A stretch of DNA of 64,000 nucleotides from Vulcanimicrobiales bacterium (GCA_038215615.1 JBBQQR010000001.1:1-64000); one strand, 5' to 3'; numbered from the stretch's first letter, positions 27,608 through 38,432 are shown. Made by a program: numbers and translations. The notes: generated by a model not told the origin, from the letters alone.

Positions 27608-28061
27608 GATTTTGATGGCGATTACGCTGGCCGCAATCTCAGTTTCGCCCGCGTTGGCACAAACGCGCCGGCAAGTGATCCGGGAACGCAGCACGCACGT
27701 TATGCCGTTTTCGATGGACGCGACGATGCATCAATTCGAGCCGACGAAGACCGGCGGATTTATGGTTGTGACCGTGCATGACGGAGACGCGCGGCAGGTC
27801 GCTCTGGTGCGCGCCCATCTGCAAAAAGAAGCTGCGGCGTTCGCCCGCGGTGATTACGGCGATCCGGCATACATCCACGGCAAGAACATGCCCGGCCTCT
27901 CATCGTTGAGCGCCGGCGCGAACCGCATCACCGTGCGCTATGCGGCGCGCAGCGACGGAGCGACGATAACATTTCGTACGACGGACGCCAGCCTAGTTTC
28001 GGCGCTGCACCGCTGGTTCGCCGCGCAAGTTTCCGATCACGGCCACGACGCGATGATGTAA
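27597..28061 (+). CDS. Secreted His/Met-containing hypothetical protein
   Basis: Signal peptide; VMPFS, IHG..MPGL, ALHRWF.AQ.SDHGHDA. Confidence 0.7.
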   Translation: MSPRILMAITLAAISVSPALAQTRRQVIRERSTHVMPFSMDATMHQFEPTKTGGFMVVTVHDGDARQVALVRAHLQKEAAAFARGDYGDPAYIHGKNMPGLSSLSAGANRITVRYAARSDGATITFRTTDASLVSALHRWFAAQVSDHGHDAMM

Positions 28062-28109
28062 AGCCATTGTATAGAGGAGGCTTCTGAGGCCTCGCGGAAA
28101 GGTGTGTTG

Positions 28110-28961
28110 ATGAGAACTCTCACTGCTTATGCCTTGAGCATTACGGCTATTGCCGTCTTGTCGCTACCCGCGATTGCAGCCCCCGTAAAGAACACGGCTC
28201 CGGTCCAGACGATTACGGCTAAAGACGTTCAGTCGGTTACGTTTGGTTTCGAGCACCTCACGCTTTCTCCGACGCCGGGGATGAACGGAAGCCAGTGGGG
28301 TGTCGGCGCCGCGGGCTTTTTCCCGTTCAACCCTTCTTGGGGCCTCAACATCGACGGAGGCCTGTACACGATCAGCACGTCCGGAGCTGCCACGACCAAC
28401 GGCACGCGGCTGCAACTATCGCTGGTAACGCCATGGTCCAAACAGCTCGGCGGAATCATCACGCCGTCGGGGCGGGCCGGTCTCAACGTAGGCTTTCAAA
28501 ACAATTCGACGTCCGGCTTTAGCACGCAGACCTGGAATTATGGCGGGTTTATCGATGTATATCCTACGTACAATTTAACGCTCTCGGCGAAGGCCGGCAT
28601 CGTGACGAAATGCGCCGCTTCCAACGGCTATTATTTTGGCGGCGGAGCATCGCTTTACGCAACGCCGGATCTCTCGCTCAAGGGAACGTACGATTATTCC
28701 CGGTTCAATGCGTTTGGCGGATCCAACGAGTCCGATTATGGATTGCGCGCCGACTATCGGCTGCCCAATACGCCGCTTGCACTCTACGGCGGTTACGCGA
28801 GAAGTAATTTCTCGCCGCTGACCAGCTTCCACGTCGACACGACGACGCTAGGCCTGGCATCCCGCGGCGGCGGAAACAAGGGCGCGACGCTTGTTGACAG
28901 CCAGCGCAATGGAACGCTTGACAATTCCAATCTCTATGTCGGCTTGCAGTGCAGATTTTGA
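28110..28961 (+). CDS. Outer-membrane beta-barrel protein
   Basis: Signal peptide, alternating amphipathic Gly/aromatic-rich strands, C-terminal Phe. Confidence 0.65.
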   Translation: MRTLTAYALSITAIAVLSLPAIAAPVKNTAPVQTITAKDVQSVTFGFEHLTLSPTPGMNGSQWGVGAAGFFPFNPSWGLNIDGGLYTISTSGAATTNGTRLQLSLVTPWSKQLGGIITPSGRAGLNVGFQNNSTSGFSTQTWNYGGFIDVYPTYNLTLSAKAGIVTKCAASNGYYFGGGASLYATPDLSLKGTYDYSRFNAFGGSNESDYGLRADYRLPNTPLALYGGYARSNFSPLTSFHVDTTTLGLASRGGGNKGATLVDSQRNGTLDNSNLYVGLQCRF

Positions 28962-28968
28962 GCGGAGA

Positions 28969-30504
28969 TCACGCGGCGGTAGCGAGCCGCTCCAAACTGC
29001 GGTAATGAATGGCTTCGGCCACGTGCTCCGGCGCGATTTCGTCATTCTCCGCAAGGTCGGCGATAGTGCGCGCGGCACGCGCGATGCGGTCGAGTGCCCG
29101 GGCTGAAAACTGTTTGCGGTCGCTGGCCCGCTTTAACAGCTGCATTGCCGTTGCGTCGAGGCGGCAATAGGCGCGCGTTCCGTTGGCCGGAATGTCGGCG
29201 TTGCAGGTCAGCGCGGTACCTTTGAAACGCACGCGCTGACGCTCGCGCGCCGCGAGTACTCGGGCTCGGATCGCCGCCGATCGTTCGGCCCCGCCGGTCC
29301 GGACCATGTCGTCGAAGGGCACGCGGCTCACCTCGATCTGCAGATCGATGCGATCTAATAATGGCCCGGAGAGTTTCGAAACATACTTCGCGACGGCAGC
29401 GTCGTCGCAACGGCACTCGGCGTTCCGCGTTCCGCGATAGCCGCACGGGCACGGGTTCATCGAGGCAACGAGCATGAACCGGGCCGGATAGGTAAACGTA
29501 CCTGAGGCACGCGCGATCGTGACCGTGCCCTCTTCGATCGGCTGGCGCATCACCTCGATCGCGCCGCGCGCGAACTCCGGCAGTTCATCGAGAAACAACA
29601 CGCCATTATGCGCGAGGCTGATCTCGCCGGGTTTGACGACGCTGCCACCGCCGACCAGCGCCGTCTGACTGATCGTGTGGTGCGGAAATCGAAATGGCCG
29701 CGCGCGCACGATGCCCGGGCGCGAACCGAGTAAACCGGCGACACTATAGATTTTCGTGATCTCGAGCGCTTCGTTCGACGTCATCGGAGGAAGAATCGAA
29801 GGCAAGCGCCGCGCAAGCATCGTCTTACCGCAGCCCGGAGGTCCGAGCAAGAGCAAGTTGTGTCCGCCCGCGGCTGCAATCTCGAGCGCGCGTTTCGCGC
29901 CGGCTTGACCTTTGACATCGGCAAAATCGCCGTACAGCACTTCATCGAGTGGCGAAACGGCCGGCGCGCTGGTGTGCGTACGCCATTTCGATCCGTTTCC
30001 GGCGATGGCCGACCACGCATCCTGCAGCGAGTCAACTGCATAGAGATCGATATTTTCGACAAGCGAGGCTTCTTCCGCGTTCAAGCGCGGAACGACGATC
30101 TTCGTGAAGCCGGCGTTGCGTGCGCCGAGCACCATCGGGAGAATTCCGGCCACCGGCTGCAGCGATCCGTTCAGCCCGAGTTCGCCCAGCGTCACGAAAT
30201 TTTGCAGCGCGATCCGGTCGATCTGTTCGTCCATAGCGAGCAGCGCCAGCGCAATTGAAAGATCGAATGCCGGGCCTTCTTTGCGCACGTCGGCCGGTGA
30301 AAGGTTGATGAGCAGCCGGCCCGCCGGATACATGAATCCCGAGTTGAAAATCGCGCTGCGCACGCGTTCACGCGCCTCGTTTAAAGCGCGGTCGGGCAGG
30401 CCGATGATCGCAAAAACCGGCGAGCCGGGTGAGCTGTCGGCTTCGACGCGCACCACGTAACCGTCGATCCCGAGCATGGCCGCCGAAAACGCAAGAGAGA
30501 GCAC
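28969..30504 (-). CDS. comM: YifB/ComM Mg-chelatase-like AAA+ ATPase
   Basis: IIGLPD, NLSPAD.RKEG..FDL, GPPGCGKTML, PHHT.S, FLDELPEF, MNPCPCG, KLSGPLLDRID. Confidence 0.95.
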   Translation of the reverse strand: MLSLAFSAAMLGIDGYVVRVEADSSPGSPVFAIIGLPDRALNEARERVRSAIFNSGFMYPAGRLLINLSPADVRKEGPAFDLSIALALLAMDEQIDRIALQNFVTLGELGLNGSLQPVAGILPMVLGARNAGFTKIVVPRLNAEEASLVENIDLYAVDSLQDAWSAIAGNGSKWRTHTSAPAVSPLDEVLYGDFADVKGQAGAKRALEIAAAGGHNLLLLGPPGCGKTMLARRLPSILPPMTSNEALEITKIYSVAGLLGSRPGIVRARPFRFPHHTISQTALVGGGSVVKPGEISLAHNGVLFLDELPEFARGAIEVMRQPIEEGTVTIARASGTFTYPARFMLVASMNPCPCGYRGTRNAECRCDDAAVAKYVSKLSGPLLDRIDLQIEVSRVPFDDMVRTGGAERSAAIRARVLAARERQRVRFKGTALTCNADIPANGTRAYCRLDATAMQLLKRASDRKQFSARALDRIARAARTIADLAENDEIAPEHVAEAIHYRSLERLATAA

Positions 30505-30572
30505 GAGACTCTATCACGCCGAGCACGCCGCTTGGAAAGGCCGCGTCTCAAGAGGAGCCGAAGGCGCGCCGC

Positions 30573-32366
30573 ATGCACCTGACTACGCTCGACTGGGTCA
30601 TCATCGTTGTCTCGGTCGCCATCATGTTTGTGCCGGCGATCGTGCTGGCGCGGCGCGCGGGAAAAAATACGGCCGAATTTTTCGTGGCCGGGCGTCAGGC
30701 GCCGTGGTGGCTGATCGGCATATCGCTGGTCGCGACCACGTTCAGCACCGATACGCCCAACCTCGTGACCAATCTGGTTCGTACGGGCGGAATAGCCGGC
30801 AACTGGGTGTGGTGGGCGTTCTTGCTCACGGGCATGGCTACGGTCTTTTTCTTCGCCCGGCTCTGGCGGCGCAGCGGCGTGTTGACCGATCTTGAGTTTT
30901 ACGAGCAGCGCTACTCCGGAAAGGGCGCGGCCTTCGTGCGCGGTTTTCGCGCCGTTTACTTAGGTTTGTTTTTCAACTGTTTTGTTATCGCAAGCGTTAA
31001 TTTGGCCGCTGCCAAAATTGCGAGCATTCTGTTCGGCATCCCCGAACTCGAGACGCTCCTGATTGGCGCCTCGTTCCCGGTGATCTTCGCCTCCATCTCC
31101 GGACTGTGGGGCGTCATGGTGACCGATATGCTGCAGTTCTGCATTACGATGAGCAGCGCGTTCGCGGCGGCGTTCTTCGCCATCCGCAGTGCACAGGTCG
31201 GCGGACTGCACGGCCTTCTACAACATATTCATGCCGTGCATCCGAGTTTATTGAACGTGCTGCCGGATTTCTCCGATTGGAAAACGGCCGCTGCCATCTT
31301 CGTGATTCCACTGACCGTCGCGTGGTGGTCGTCCTGGTATCCGGGCGCGGAACCCGGCGGCGGAAGTTACGTGGCGCAACGCATGCTTTCGGCGAAGACC
31401 GAACAGGATTCGGTTTTCGGAACGCTTTTGTTCCTCGTCATGCATTACGCGCTGCGTCCGTGGCCCTGGATCATCGTAGCGCTCGCATCGGTCATCGTCT
31501 ATCCGACCCTTGGAGACATTCAGCACCGCTTTCCGAATCTTCCGCCGAATTTGCTCGGTAACGACATCGCCTATCCCGCGATGCTCGTCTTTCTGCCGGC
31601 GGGTTTTGCGGGTTTCATGGTGGCGGGTCTCTTTGCAGCGTACCGCTCGACGCTCGAAACACATTTGAACTGGGGCACGTCGTATCTCGTGCACGATCTC
31701 TACCGGCGCTTCATACGGCCCGATAAATCCGAGAAACACTACGTGCTCGTCGGGCGGATCTTCACGGTCATCCTGATGCTGGTGGCCATCGCACTCACGT
31801 TCCAACTCGACAACGCGCAACAAACGTTTCATTTGATTGTCTCGATCGGCGCGGGAACGGGGCTCGTCTATTTGCTGCGCTGGTTCTGGTGGCGCGTCAA
31901 CGCTTGGACCGAAGTGAGCGCAATGGCGGCATCGTTTGCGGTTTCGCTGACGTTCTTTGCGCTTTCGAAAACCGGCCATACGTTCGACGACAACGTCGTG
32001 CTGCTCACGACCGTCGGCATTACGACCGTTGTTTGGCTTGCCGTAACGTTTCTCACGCCGCCGGTGGACGATGCGACGCTCGATGCCTTCTACGACAAGG
32101 TCCGGCCCGCGGGAGCGGGTTGGGCCAAAGTCCGCAACCGCACCGGAGCGCCGGCCTCTCCCGACAGCCTTCCCAACTCGCTGCTCTGCTGGGTCTTAGG
32201 CCTGGTAGCGATTTACGCCGCCCTTTTCGGCACAGGCGCCTATCTCTACGGACACGTGCTCCAGGGTGCGATCTACACCGTTATCGTGATTGTGGCGGCC
32301 GTCTGGCTCGCTCGCTTAACCACCGGCCGCGGCGAGCGTTCTCCACAGCGCTCACAGGGGGGCTGA
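30573..32366 (+). CDS. Sodium:solute symporter family protein
   Basis: FFVAGR.APWW, SLVATTFSTDTP, GAEPGGGSYVAQR, LNWGTSYLV.D.Y; many TMs. Confidence 0.9.
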   Translation: MHLTTLDWVIIVVSVAIMFVPAIVLARRAGKNTAEFFVAGRQAPWWLIGISLVATTFSTDTPNLVTNLVRTGGIAGNWVWWAFLLTGMATVFFFARLWRRSGVLTDLEFYEQRYSGKGAAFVRGFRAVYLGLFFNCFVIASVNLAAAKIASILFGIPELETLLIGASFPVIFASISGLWGVMVTDMLQFCITMSSAFAAAFFAIRSAQVGGLHGLLQHIHAVHPSLLNVLPDFSDWKTAAAIFVIPLTVAWWSSWYPGAEPGGGSYVAQRMLSAKTEQDSVFGTLLFLVMHYALRPWPWIIVALASVIVYPTLGDIQHRFPNLPPNLLGNDIAYPAMLVFLPAGFAGFMVAGLFAAYRSTLETHLNWGTSYLVHDLYRRFIRPDKSEKHYVLVGRIFTVILMLVAIALTFQLDNAQQTFHLIVSIGAGTGLVYLLRWFWWRVNAWTEVSAMAASFAVSLTFFALSKTGHTFDDNVVLLTTVGITTVVWLAVTFLTPPVDDATLDAFYDKVRPAGAGWAKVRNRTGAPASPDSLPNSLLCWVLGLVAIYAALFGTGAYLYGHVLQGAIYTVIVIVAAVWLARLTTGRGERSPQRSQGG

Positions 32367-32424
32367 CCCCGCTGTGGATATAACCTCCGAGCGCGACGCT
32401 TCTTTACGGACTAGGAGATCGATC

Positions 32425-33396
32425 TTGAAAAAATTCGGACCCGCGGCTTTGGCCGCGATTGCCCTGTTGGTGCCTGCCTGTTCCTCGAACTCGGGCTCGA
32501 CGACGACCACAAGCGGAACCACGACGACTGCAAAAACGACAGCCGGCGTGAATTCGCCCGGCCCAAAGACGATCGGCGTCTCGATTCAGGATCTGGAAGC
32601 GCAGTTCTACCAGCAGATGGAAGCCGGAATGAAATCGGAAGGCGCCAAGTTCGGTTACAAAGTCACGTTTGTCGACGCCAGCCGCGACAGCGCGCGCCAG
32701 CAGTCGCAAGTCGAGGATTTCATCTCGCGCAAGGTTGATGCCATCATCCTGACGCCCTACGATTCGCAAGCGATCGGCAGCGCCATCGTTGAAGCCAATG
32801 GTGCTAATATCCCCGTCTTCACGGCCGATATCGCGAACGCCAGCAAACAAGGCGTCGTGGTTTCCCACGTTGCTTCGAACAACGTGCAGGGCGGACAGCA
32901 GGCCGGCATGCTGATGTGCAACGCACTCCACGGTTCGGGCAGCGTTGCGATCATCGACGAACCCGAAGTGACGAGCGTGCAGGATCGCGTCAAAGGTTTT
33001 CGCACGGCGCTTGCGCAGCATTGTCCGAACGTTAAAGTCGTTGCCGACGTAGACTCCGGCGGCACGCGCACTAAAGCCAACGCGGATATGGGCGACGTGC
33101 TGCAACGCTACAAAGATCTCAAAGGCATCTTCGGCATCAACGACGACTCCGCGCTTGGCGCGGTCGCGGCGATTCAAGCGGCCGGCATGAAAGGCATCGC
33201 GGTCGTCGGGTACGACGCATCGCCCGAAGCGCGCACAGCGATTGCCGGCGGCTCGATGGTCGGCGACGCGATCCAGCATCCCGACGTTATCGGCGCCAAG
33301 ACGATCGACGTCATCCACGATTATTTCTCGGGCAAGACGGTTCCGGCGCGCATCGACGTTCCGGTTGGAACCTATACGAAGGCCAACGCGAAATAA
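32425..33396 (+). CDS. Sugar ABC transporter substrate-binding lipoprotein (RbsB-like)
   Basis: AGGAG SD before TTG 32425; VPAC lipobox; IPVFTAD, NDDSALGA, VVGYD. Confidence 0.9.
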   Translation: MKKFGPAALAAIALLVPACSSNSGSTTTTSGTTTTAKTTAGVNSPGPKTIGVSIQDLEAQFYQQMEAGMKSEGAKFGYKVTFVDASRDSARQQSQVEDFISRKVDAIILTPYDSQAIGSAIVEANGANIPVFTADIANASKQGVVVSHVASNNVQGGQQAGMLMCNALHGSGSVAIIDEPEVTSVQDRVKGFRTALAQHCPNVKVVADVDSGGTRTKANADMGDVLQRYKDLKGIFGINDDSALGAVAAIQAAGMKGIAVVGYDASPEARTAIAGGSMVGDAIQHPDVIGAKTIDVIHDYFSGKTVPARIDVPVGTYTKANAK

Positions 33397-34901
33397 CCAA
33401 CGCCGCTAGTCCACTCCTCCAGATGCGCGGCATCGGGAAAACATTTCCCGGTGTTCGCGCGCTCGAAGACGTTTCGCTCGACCTTCAGGCGGGCGAAGTG
33501 CACGCGCTGGTCGGCGAAAACGGCGCTGGTAAATCGACGCTCATGAAGATTCTGGCCGGCGCGCAGCGGGCCGACACGGGCGAGATCGCCGTCGACCGCA
33601 AGACCGTTGCCATCGACTCGCCGCGCGCAGCCGAAAATCTGGGCATCGGCATGATCTATCAAGAGTTCAATCTGGTCCCCGCGTTTAATGCGGTCGATAA
33701 CATCGTGCTCGGCAACGAACCTGCCAAAGGTTTGCTGCTCGACGAACGCGCCGCCCGCCAACGCGCCGAAACCGTTTTTGCCGAACTGGGCATTACGCTG
33801 CCGCTGACGGTCGAAACGGCGCAGCTTCGCGTCGCGGAGCAGCAGCTGATCGAAATCGCCAAGGTCCTTTCGCGCAACGCGCGCATCATCGTCATGGACG
33901 AGCCGTCTGCGGCGCTAACCGATCGCGAGATCGGCAAGCTTTTCGAGGTCATTCGCACGCTCAAGGCGCGCGGAGTAGGAATCATCTACATTTCGCACCG
34001 CCTTGAGGAACTGCCGCAGATCGCCGATCGCGTGACCGTGCTGCGCGACGGACGAGTCATCGAAACGCGCGCCGCCAAGGATTTTCCACCCGACGACATC
34101 ATTCGCGCTATGGTAGGACGGCGCTTGGAGTCCCATTTCCCGGAGTTGCCGCCGGTCGCGCCCGGCGCGCCGGTGGCGCTCGCCGTGCGAGATTTGACGC
34201 GCGCGCCGTCCGTTAACGGCGTGTCGTTCGAGGTGCGGCAAGGCGAGATCGTCGGACTGGCCGGCTTGGTCGGAGCCGGGCGTACGGAGATCGTGCGCGC
34301 CATTGCAGGCGCCGACATTCCGCAGGAAGGCACCATCGAGGTGCAAGGGCGCGTAATACGCATCCGTTCACCGCGCGACGGCATCGACGCAGGGTTCGCG
34401 TTTATCACCGAAGATCGCAAAGCGCAGGGCCTCGTGCTCGGAATGAGCGTGCGTGAAAACGTTACTCTCGCGCATCTGGGACAATTCGTGCAACGCGACC
34501 AGCTCATCGACCGGTCGAAAGAGCAGCAAACAACACGCGAGTATATCGGCCAGCTGCAGATTCGTACACCGGGCACCGAGCAGCTGGTTCGCAATCTCTC
34601 CGGCGGTAATCAGCAGAAAGTCGTGCTTGCGAAGTGGCTGCTGGGCAACGCGAAAGTTTTCCTTTTCGACGAACCGACCCGCGGCATCGACGTCGGCGCC
34701 AAAGCCGAAATTTACGATCTGATGGTAAAGCTCGCAGCCGGCGGCGCGGCAATCGTGATGGTCAGCAGCGAACTTCCCGAAGTGCTCGGCATGGCGCACC
34801 GCATCCTCGTGATTCGGGGCGGACGCATCGTGCGTGAATTCGCGCGAGCGGACGCAACGCCCGACGCGGTGATCGCCGCGGCGACGGGAGCGGCAGCATG
34901 A
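33393..34901 (+). CDS. Sugar ABC transporter ATP-binding protein (RbsA-like, duplicated ABC domain); first ATG at 33423
   Basis: GENGAGKSTL, DEPSAAL, ISHRL, LSGGNQQKV, DEPTRGIDVGAK. Confidence 0.95.
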   Translation: MTNAASPLLQMRGIGKTFPGVRALEDVSLDLQAGEVHALVGENGAGKSTLMKILAGAQRADTGEIAVDRKTVAIDSPRAAENLGIGMIYQEFNLVPAFNAVDNIVLGNEPAKGLLLDERAARQRAETVFAELGITLPLTVETAQLRVAEQQLIEIAKVLSRNARIIVMDEPSAALTDREIGKLFEVIRTLKARGVGIIYISHRLEELPQIADRVTVLRDGRVIETRAAKDFPPDDIIRAMVGRRLESHFPELPPVAPGAPVALAVRDLTRAPSVNGVSFEVRQGEIVGLAGLVGAGRTEIVRAIAGADIPQEGTIEVQGRVIRIRSPRDGIDAGFAFITEDRKAQGLVLGMSVRENVTLAHLGQFVQRDQLIDRSKEQQTTREYIGQLQIRTPGTEQLVRNLSGGNQQKVVLAKWLLGNAKVFLFDEPTRGIDVGAKAEIYDLMVKLAAGGAAIVMVSSELPEVLGMAHRILVIRGGRIVREFARADATPDAVIAAATGAAA

Positions 34902-35875
34902 AGGCGGAGGCGCGCACGTACTGGTTGAGAGCGGGAGCCGCGATTGCGTTCTTGGTCGTGGTCGCGCTCGTGATTAACTTTGCCGCTCGCGGCACGTTCT
35001 TGCAGCCCGATAACGTGGTCCGCGTGCTGCGTCAGATCACCTACAATTTCATTATGGGCGTCGGCGAGACGTTCGTCATTATCACCGCGGGCATCGATCT
35101 CTCCATCGGCTCAATGATATCTCTGACCGGCGTCGTCATGGCGCTCTTCGCCAACGCCACGGGGCTGCATGGTTTTCCGTTAATTGCGGCGACGCTGCTC
35201 GTTGGCTTGGCGGTTGGCGCGGCCGCCGGATTCGTCAATGCGGTGCCGGTGGTGAAGCTGAATCTGCCGCCCTTTATCACGACGCTGGCAATGATGCAGA
35301 TTGCACTGGGACTTTCCTATATTCTCTCCGGCGGCCAGCCCGTGCCGCTGCAGATGACCGACTTCCAACATACCGGATACGGCGTCATACCGCATACGAA
35401 GATCCCGTATCCCGTCATTTGGATGGTCGTGGTCTTAATCGTCAGTTCGATATTGCTGATGCGCACGCGCTTCGGAAGATACGTTTTCGCCATCGGCGGA
35501 AACGAGGAGGCAGCGCGGCTGGCCGGCATCAACGTCGGGCGCATCAAAACGGCTGTCTACGTCATCAGCGGCATGTGTGCCGCCATCGTCGGCTTTCTGT
35601 ATATGTCGCTGTTTTCGTCGGGTTCGCCGCAAACCGCAACCGGCAACGAGATGCTCAACGCCATCGCCGCGGTCGTGGTCGGCGGCACGAGTTTGATGGG
35701 TGGGCGGGGCGCGATCATCGGCACATTTTTCGGCGCGCTGCTAATCGGGTTCTTGGACAACGCGATGAATCTGCTGCAGATTAACTCGTATTTGCAGTGG
35801 GTAGTGCTCGGGGTAGTGATCTTGCTCGCAGTCGTGCTCGACGAACTCCGTAAGAGGTACCTCAAACGGGCGTAA
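34898..35875 (+). CDS. Sugar ABC transporter permease (RbsC-like)
   Basis: GIDLSIGS, PPFITTL, FGRYVFAIGGNEEAARLAGI, AIAAVVVGGTSL.GG.G. Confidence 0.95.
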   Translation: MKAEARTYWLRAGAAIAFLVVVALVINFAARGTFLQPDNVVRVLRQITYNFIMGVGETFVIITAGIDLSIGSMISLTGVVMALFANATGLHGFPLIAATLLVGLAVGAAAGFVNAVPVVKLNLPPFITTLAMMQIALGLSYILSGGQPVPLQMTDFQHTGYGVIPHTKIPYPVIWMVVVLIVSSILLMRTRFGRYVFAIGGNEEAARLAGINVGRIKTAVYVISGMCAAIVGFLYMSLFSSGSPQTATGNEMLNAIAAVVVGGTSLMGGRGAIIGTFFGALLIGFLDNAMNLLQINSYLQWVVLGVVILLAVVLDELRKRYLKRA

Positions 35876-35898
35876 AATCTGACAAACCCAATGATGGC

Positions 35899-37791
35899 AT
35901 GCCGCTTGAGAAATCGCGCAGCCGTAGGCGCAAGGAACCGCTTTCGGCGTTGGCGCTCGGTGCGCTGGGCATCGTTTTTGGCGATATCGGTACGAGCCCG
36001 CTCTACGCCTTTGCGTTGTGTTTCGCGGGCGACTATCCGGCGAAGGTAACGCCGCAAAACATCATAGGGATCTGTTCGCTCATCTTTTGGGCGCTCGCGA
36101 TCGTCGTCACGGTAAAATACGTGATCTTCATGTTGCGTGCCGATTTCGACGGCGAAGGCGGCACGCTGGCGCTCCTTGCTCAACTCGTGCCGGTTCGGCG
36201 CGCGGCCAAACCTCTTGGTCTCTCGGCAATTGCCTTGCTCATGCTCTTCGGTGCGTCGATGCTCTACGGAGACGGCGCGATCACGCCGGCCATCTCGGTC
36301 ATCTCGGCGGTCGAAGGCTTGAACGTCTGGACGACCGCCGCGCATCCGTACATCGTGCCGATTTCAGTTGTCATTCTGATCGCGCTGTTCTTGATTCAAA
36401 GGCGGGGAACGGGCGGCATCGGGTTCTTGTTCGGCCCGATCGTCTTGGTGTGGTTTGTGGTTATCGGCATTCTCGGAGCGGTCGCAATCGTGCACCATCC
36501 GCAGATCTTGGCGGCGCTCAATCCGGTCTACAGTTGGGAATTCTTCCTGCGCAACGGCTTGCTGAGTTTCCTGATTTTCGGCGCGGTCGTTCTCTGCGTT
36601 ACCGGAGTCGAAGCGCTCTATGCCGACCTCGCGCACTTCGGCAGAAAGCCGATCGCGATCGCTTGGGCAATCGTGGTCTTTCCAGCGCTCGTGCTCAATT
36701 ATTTCGGACAAGGCGCGCTCGTGCTCGCCAACCCGGGCGCGATCGCATCGCCGTTCTTCGCGCTGGTCCCGCGTTGGGGCTTGATCCCCATGGTTATCCT
36801 GGCAACGGCCGCCACGATCATCGCATCGCAAGCCCTGATCACCGGCGTCTTCTCACTCACTCAGCAAGCCATTCAACTGGGCTATCTGCCGCGCTTCAGA
36901 ATCGTGCACACATCGCGCCACTTCGCAGGCCAGATCTACATGCCGACGATCAACGCACTCCTCGGCATCGCTTGCATTCTCATCGTGATCACGTTTCGAT
37001 CCTCGGCCAATCTCGGCGGCGCGTACGGTCTTGCGGTCACGATTACGATGTTGACAACGACGATCGGATTCGCCGAGCTGGTCCGCAAGAAGTGGAAATG
37101 GCCGGCCTGGCAGTGGGTGCCGCTCGTTCTGATCTTCCTTTCCTGGGATGTGCCATTCTTCATCGGCAATGCATCGAAGTTCATCTCCGGCGGTTGGGTC
37201 CCGGTCGCAATGGCGCTGCTGCTTTTCACGGTCTTCATCACGTGGAACCGCGGACGCCGCCGATTGATGGAGCGTTTGGACTCGCATACGATGCCGGTCG
37301 ATCACTTCCTCAAAGAGATCAAGGCGCCGACGCTCGTGGGCGGGACGGCGTTTTTTCTGAGTCCGCAGCCGACCGGCATCCCGTTCGTTCTTCAGCACGG
37401 TTGGATCCGCAGCCACATCATCTACGACACGATCGTCCTGCTGACGGTCATGCACTCGGCGCGGCCATTCGTCCATCCGGAAAATCGCATCGAAGTGGAA
37501 CAGTTAGGTCCGCGCCTGCTGCGCGTCAAGGCCTCTTATGGGTTCATGGATACGCCGAGAATCGACGACATTCTGCGACTCCTGCGAAAGCGGCGACCCG
37601 ATGTCGATTTCTCGCACCCGACGTACTATTTAGCCAACCCCAAGATCGCCGACGACACGACTGCCCACGGCATGCCGTCGTGGCAACTCAATCTCTTCCG
37701 GTGGCTCGCGCGCAATGCGCGCCCGCTGACCGATTCACTCGGCTTACCGCCGAACAGCGTGATCGAATTCGGGGTCGAGGTTAAGCTCTAA
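35899..37791 (+). CDS. kup: KUP/HAK/KT potassium transporter
   Basis: GIVFGDIGTSPLY, GEGGTLAL, GDGAITPAISV.SAVEG, GVEALYADL.HFG, GQIYMP, YGFMD. Confidence 0.96.
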   Translation: MPLEKSRSRRRKEPLSALALGALGIVFGDIGTSPLYAFALCFAGDYPAKVTPQNIIGICSLIFWALAIVVTVKYVIFMLRADFDGEGGTLALLAQLVPVRRAAKPLGLSAIALLMLFGASMLYGDGAITPAISVISAVEGLNVWTTAAHPYIVPISVVILIALFLIQRRGTGGIGFLFGPIVLVWFVVIGILGAVAIVHHPQILAALNPVYSWEFFLRNGLLSFLIFGAVVLCVTGVEALYADLAHFGRKPIAIAWAIVVFPALVLNYFGQGALVLANPGAIASPFFALVPRWGLIPMVILATAATIIASQALITGVFSLTQQAIQLGYLPRFRIVHTSRHFAGQIYMPTINALLGIACILIVITFRSSANLGGAYGLAVTITMLTTTIGFAELVRKKWKWPAWQWVPLVLIFLSWDVPFFIGNASKFISGGWVPVAMALLLFTVFITWNRGRRRLMERLDSHTMPVDHFLKEIKAPTLVGGTAFFLSPQPTGIPFVLQHGWIRSHIIYDTIVLLTVMHSARPFVHPENRIEVEQLGPRLLRVKASYGFMDTPRIDDILRLLRKRRPDVDFSHPTYYLANPKIADDTTAHGMPSWQLNLFRWLARNARPLTDSLGLPPNSVIEFGVEVKL

Positions 37792-38432
37792 AAGTCGGAG
37801 TCTTTCAGTCCGACGTTGGTGCGCAGGTCGGTCCAGAACTCTCGTGAGATGATCTGGTCGCCGGCCCAGCGGATTTGCGCGACCGGCAGGTGCGTCGCTT
37901 TCGAAAAATAGATGATGGCGCGCGTTTCGCCGGGCTCGCCGGCGCCCGGTGCGATCTTCAACTCGACGAGCGTTGTTTCTTGGCCACCGATCTGCGGGCC
38001 GTTGCGCTCCGAGAGAGTGCCTTTCATGGTCGTGTACTTGCCAACCTGATTTTGCAGTATGCCGTCGGGAATCGTGTAGCCGCGCAGCGATGTGGCGCGG
38101 CCGTCGTGCAATCCAACGGTCAAATGGATGAACGACAGGATGCCGCCTTGGTGACCGCTGACGGTGTCGCCGCCGGTCCACACCGCGCCGCCGCCGGTGC
38201 CCGGTCCCGAAACGATTTGTGTTTTGACAAAGCGCGGCCGCTTGTACATGTAGCGGTACGTGCGGTCCTGCGTTTGATTGCCTTGCACTTCGTGCGCGTT
38301 CACGGTGACCGTGTAGTCGTTCACCTTCGCGAAAGTTTCGTCAAAGGCGGTAATTGCGGGGACGGTGGCGGCCGAAGCGGGAGCGATGACGGCGGTCGCG
38401 GCCAATACCAGAGCCGAAAGTCTGTAAAGCAC
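37788..38432 (-). CDS. Secreted LolA-fold/DUF1571-like protein
   Basis: GTG 38432 start with signal peptide; Y.Y.RP, ends D...N.GL.D.DF as in LolA-like folds. Confidence 0.55.
   Translation of the reverse strand: MLYRLSALVLAATAVIAPASAATVPAITAFDETFAKVNDYTVTVNAHEVQGNQTQDRTYRYMYKRPRFVKTQIVSGPGTGGGAVWTGGDTVSGHQGGILSFIHLTVGLHDGRATSLRGYTIPDGILQNQVGKYTTMKGTLSERNGPQIGGQETTLVELKIAPGAGEPGETRAIIYFSKATHLPVAQIRWAGDQIISREFWTDLRTNVGLKDSDF

Noticed and set aside
36018..37784. 588-aa alternative-frame ORF inside kup
   Set aside because: Arg/Ala/Gly-rich shadow ORF typical of high-GC codon bias; no motifs; the kup frame has all family signatures
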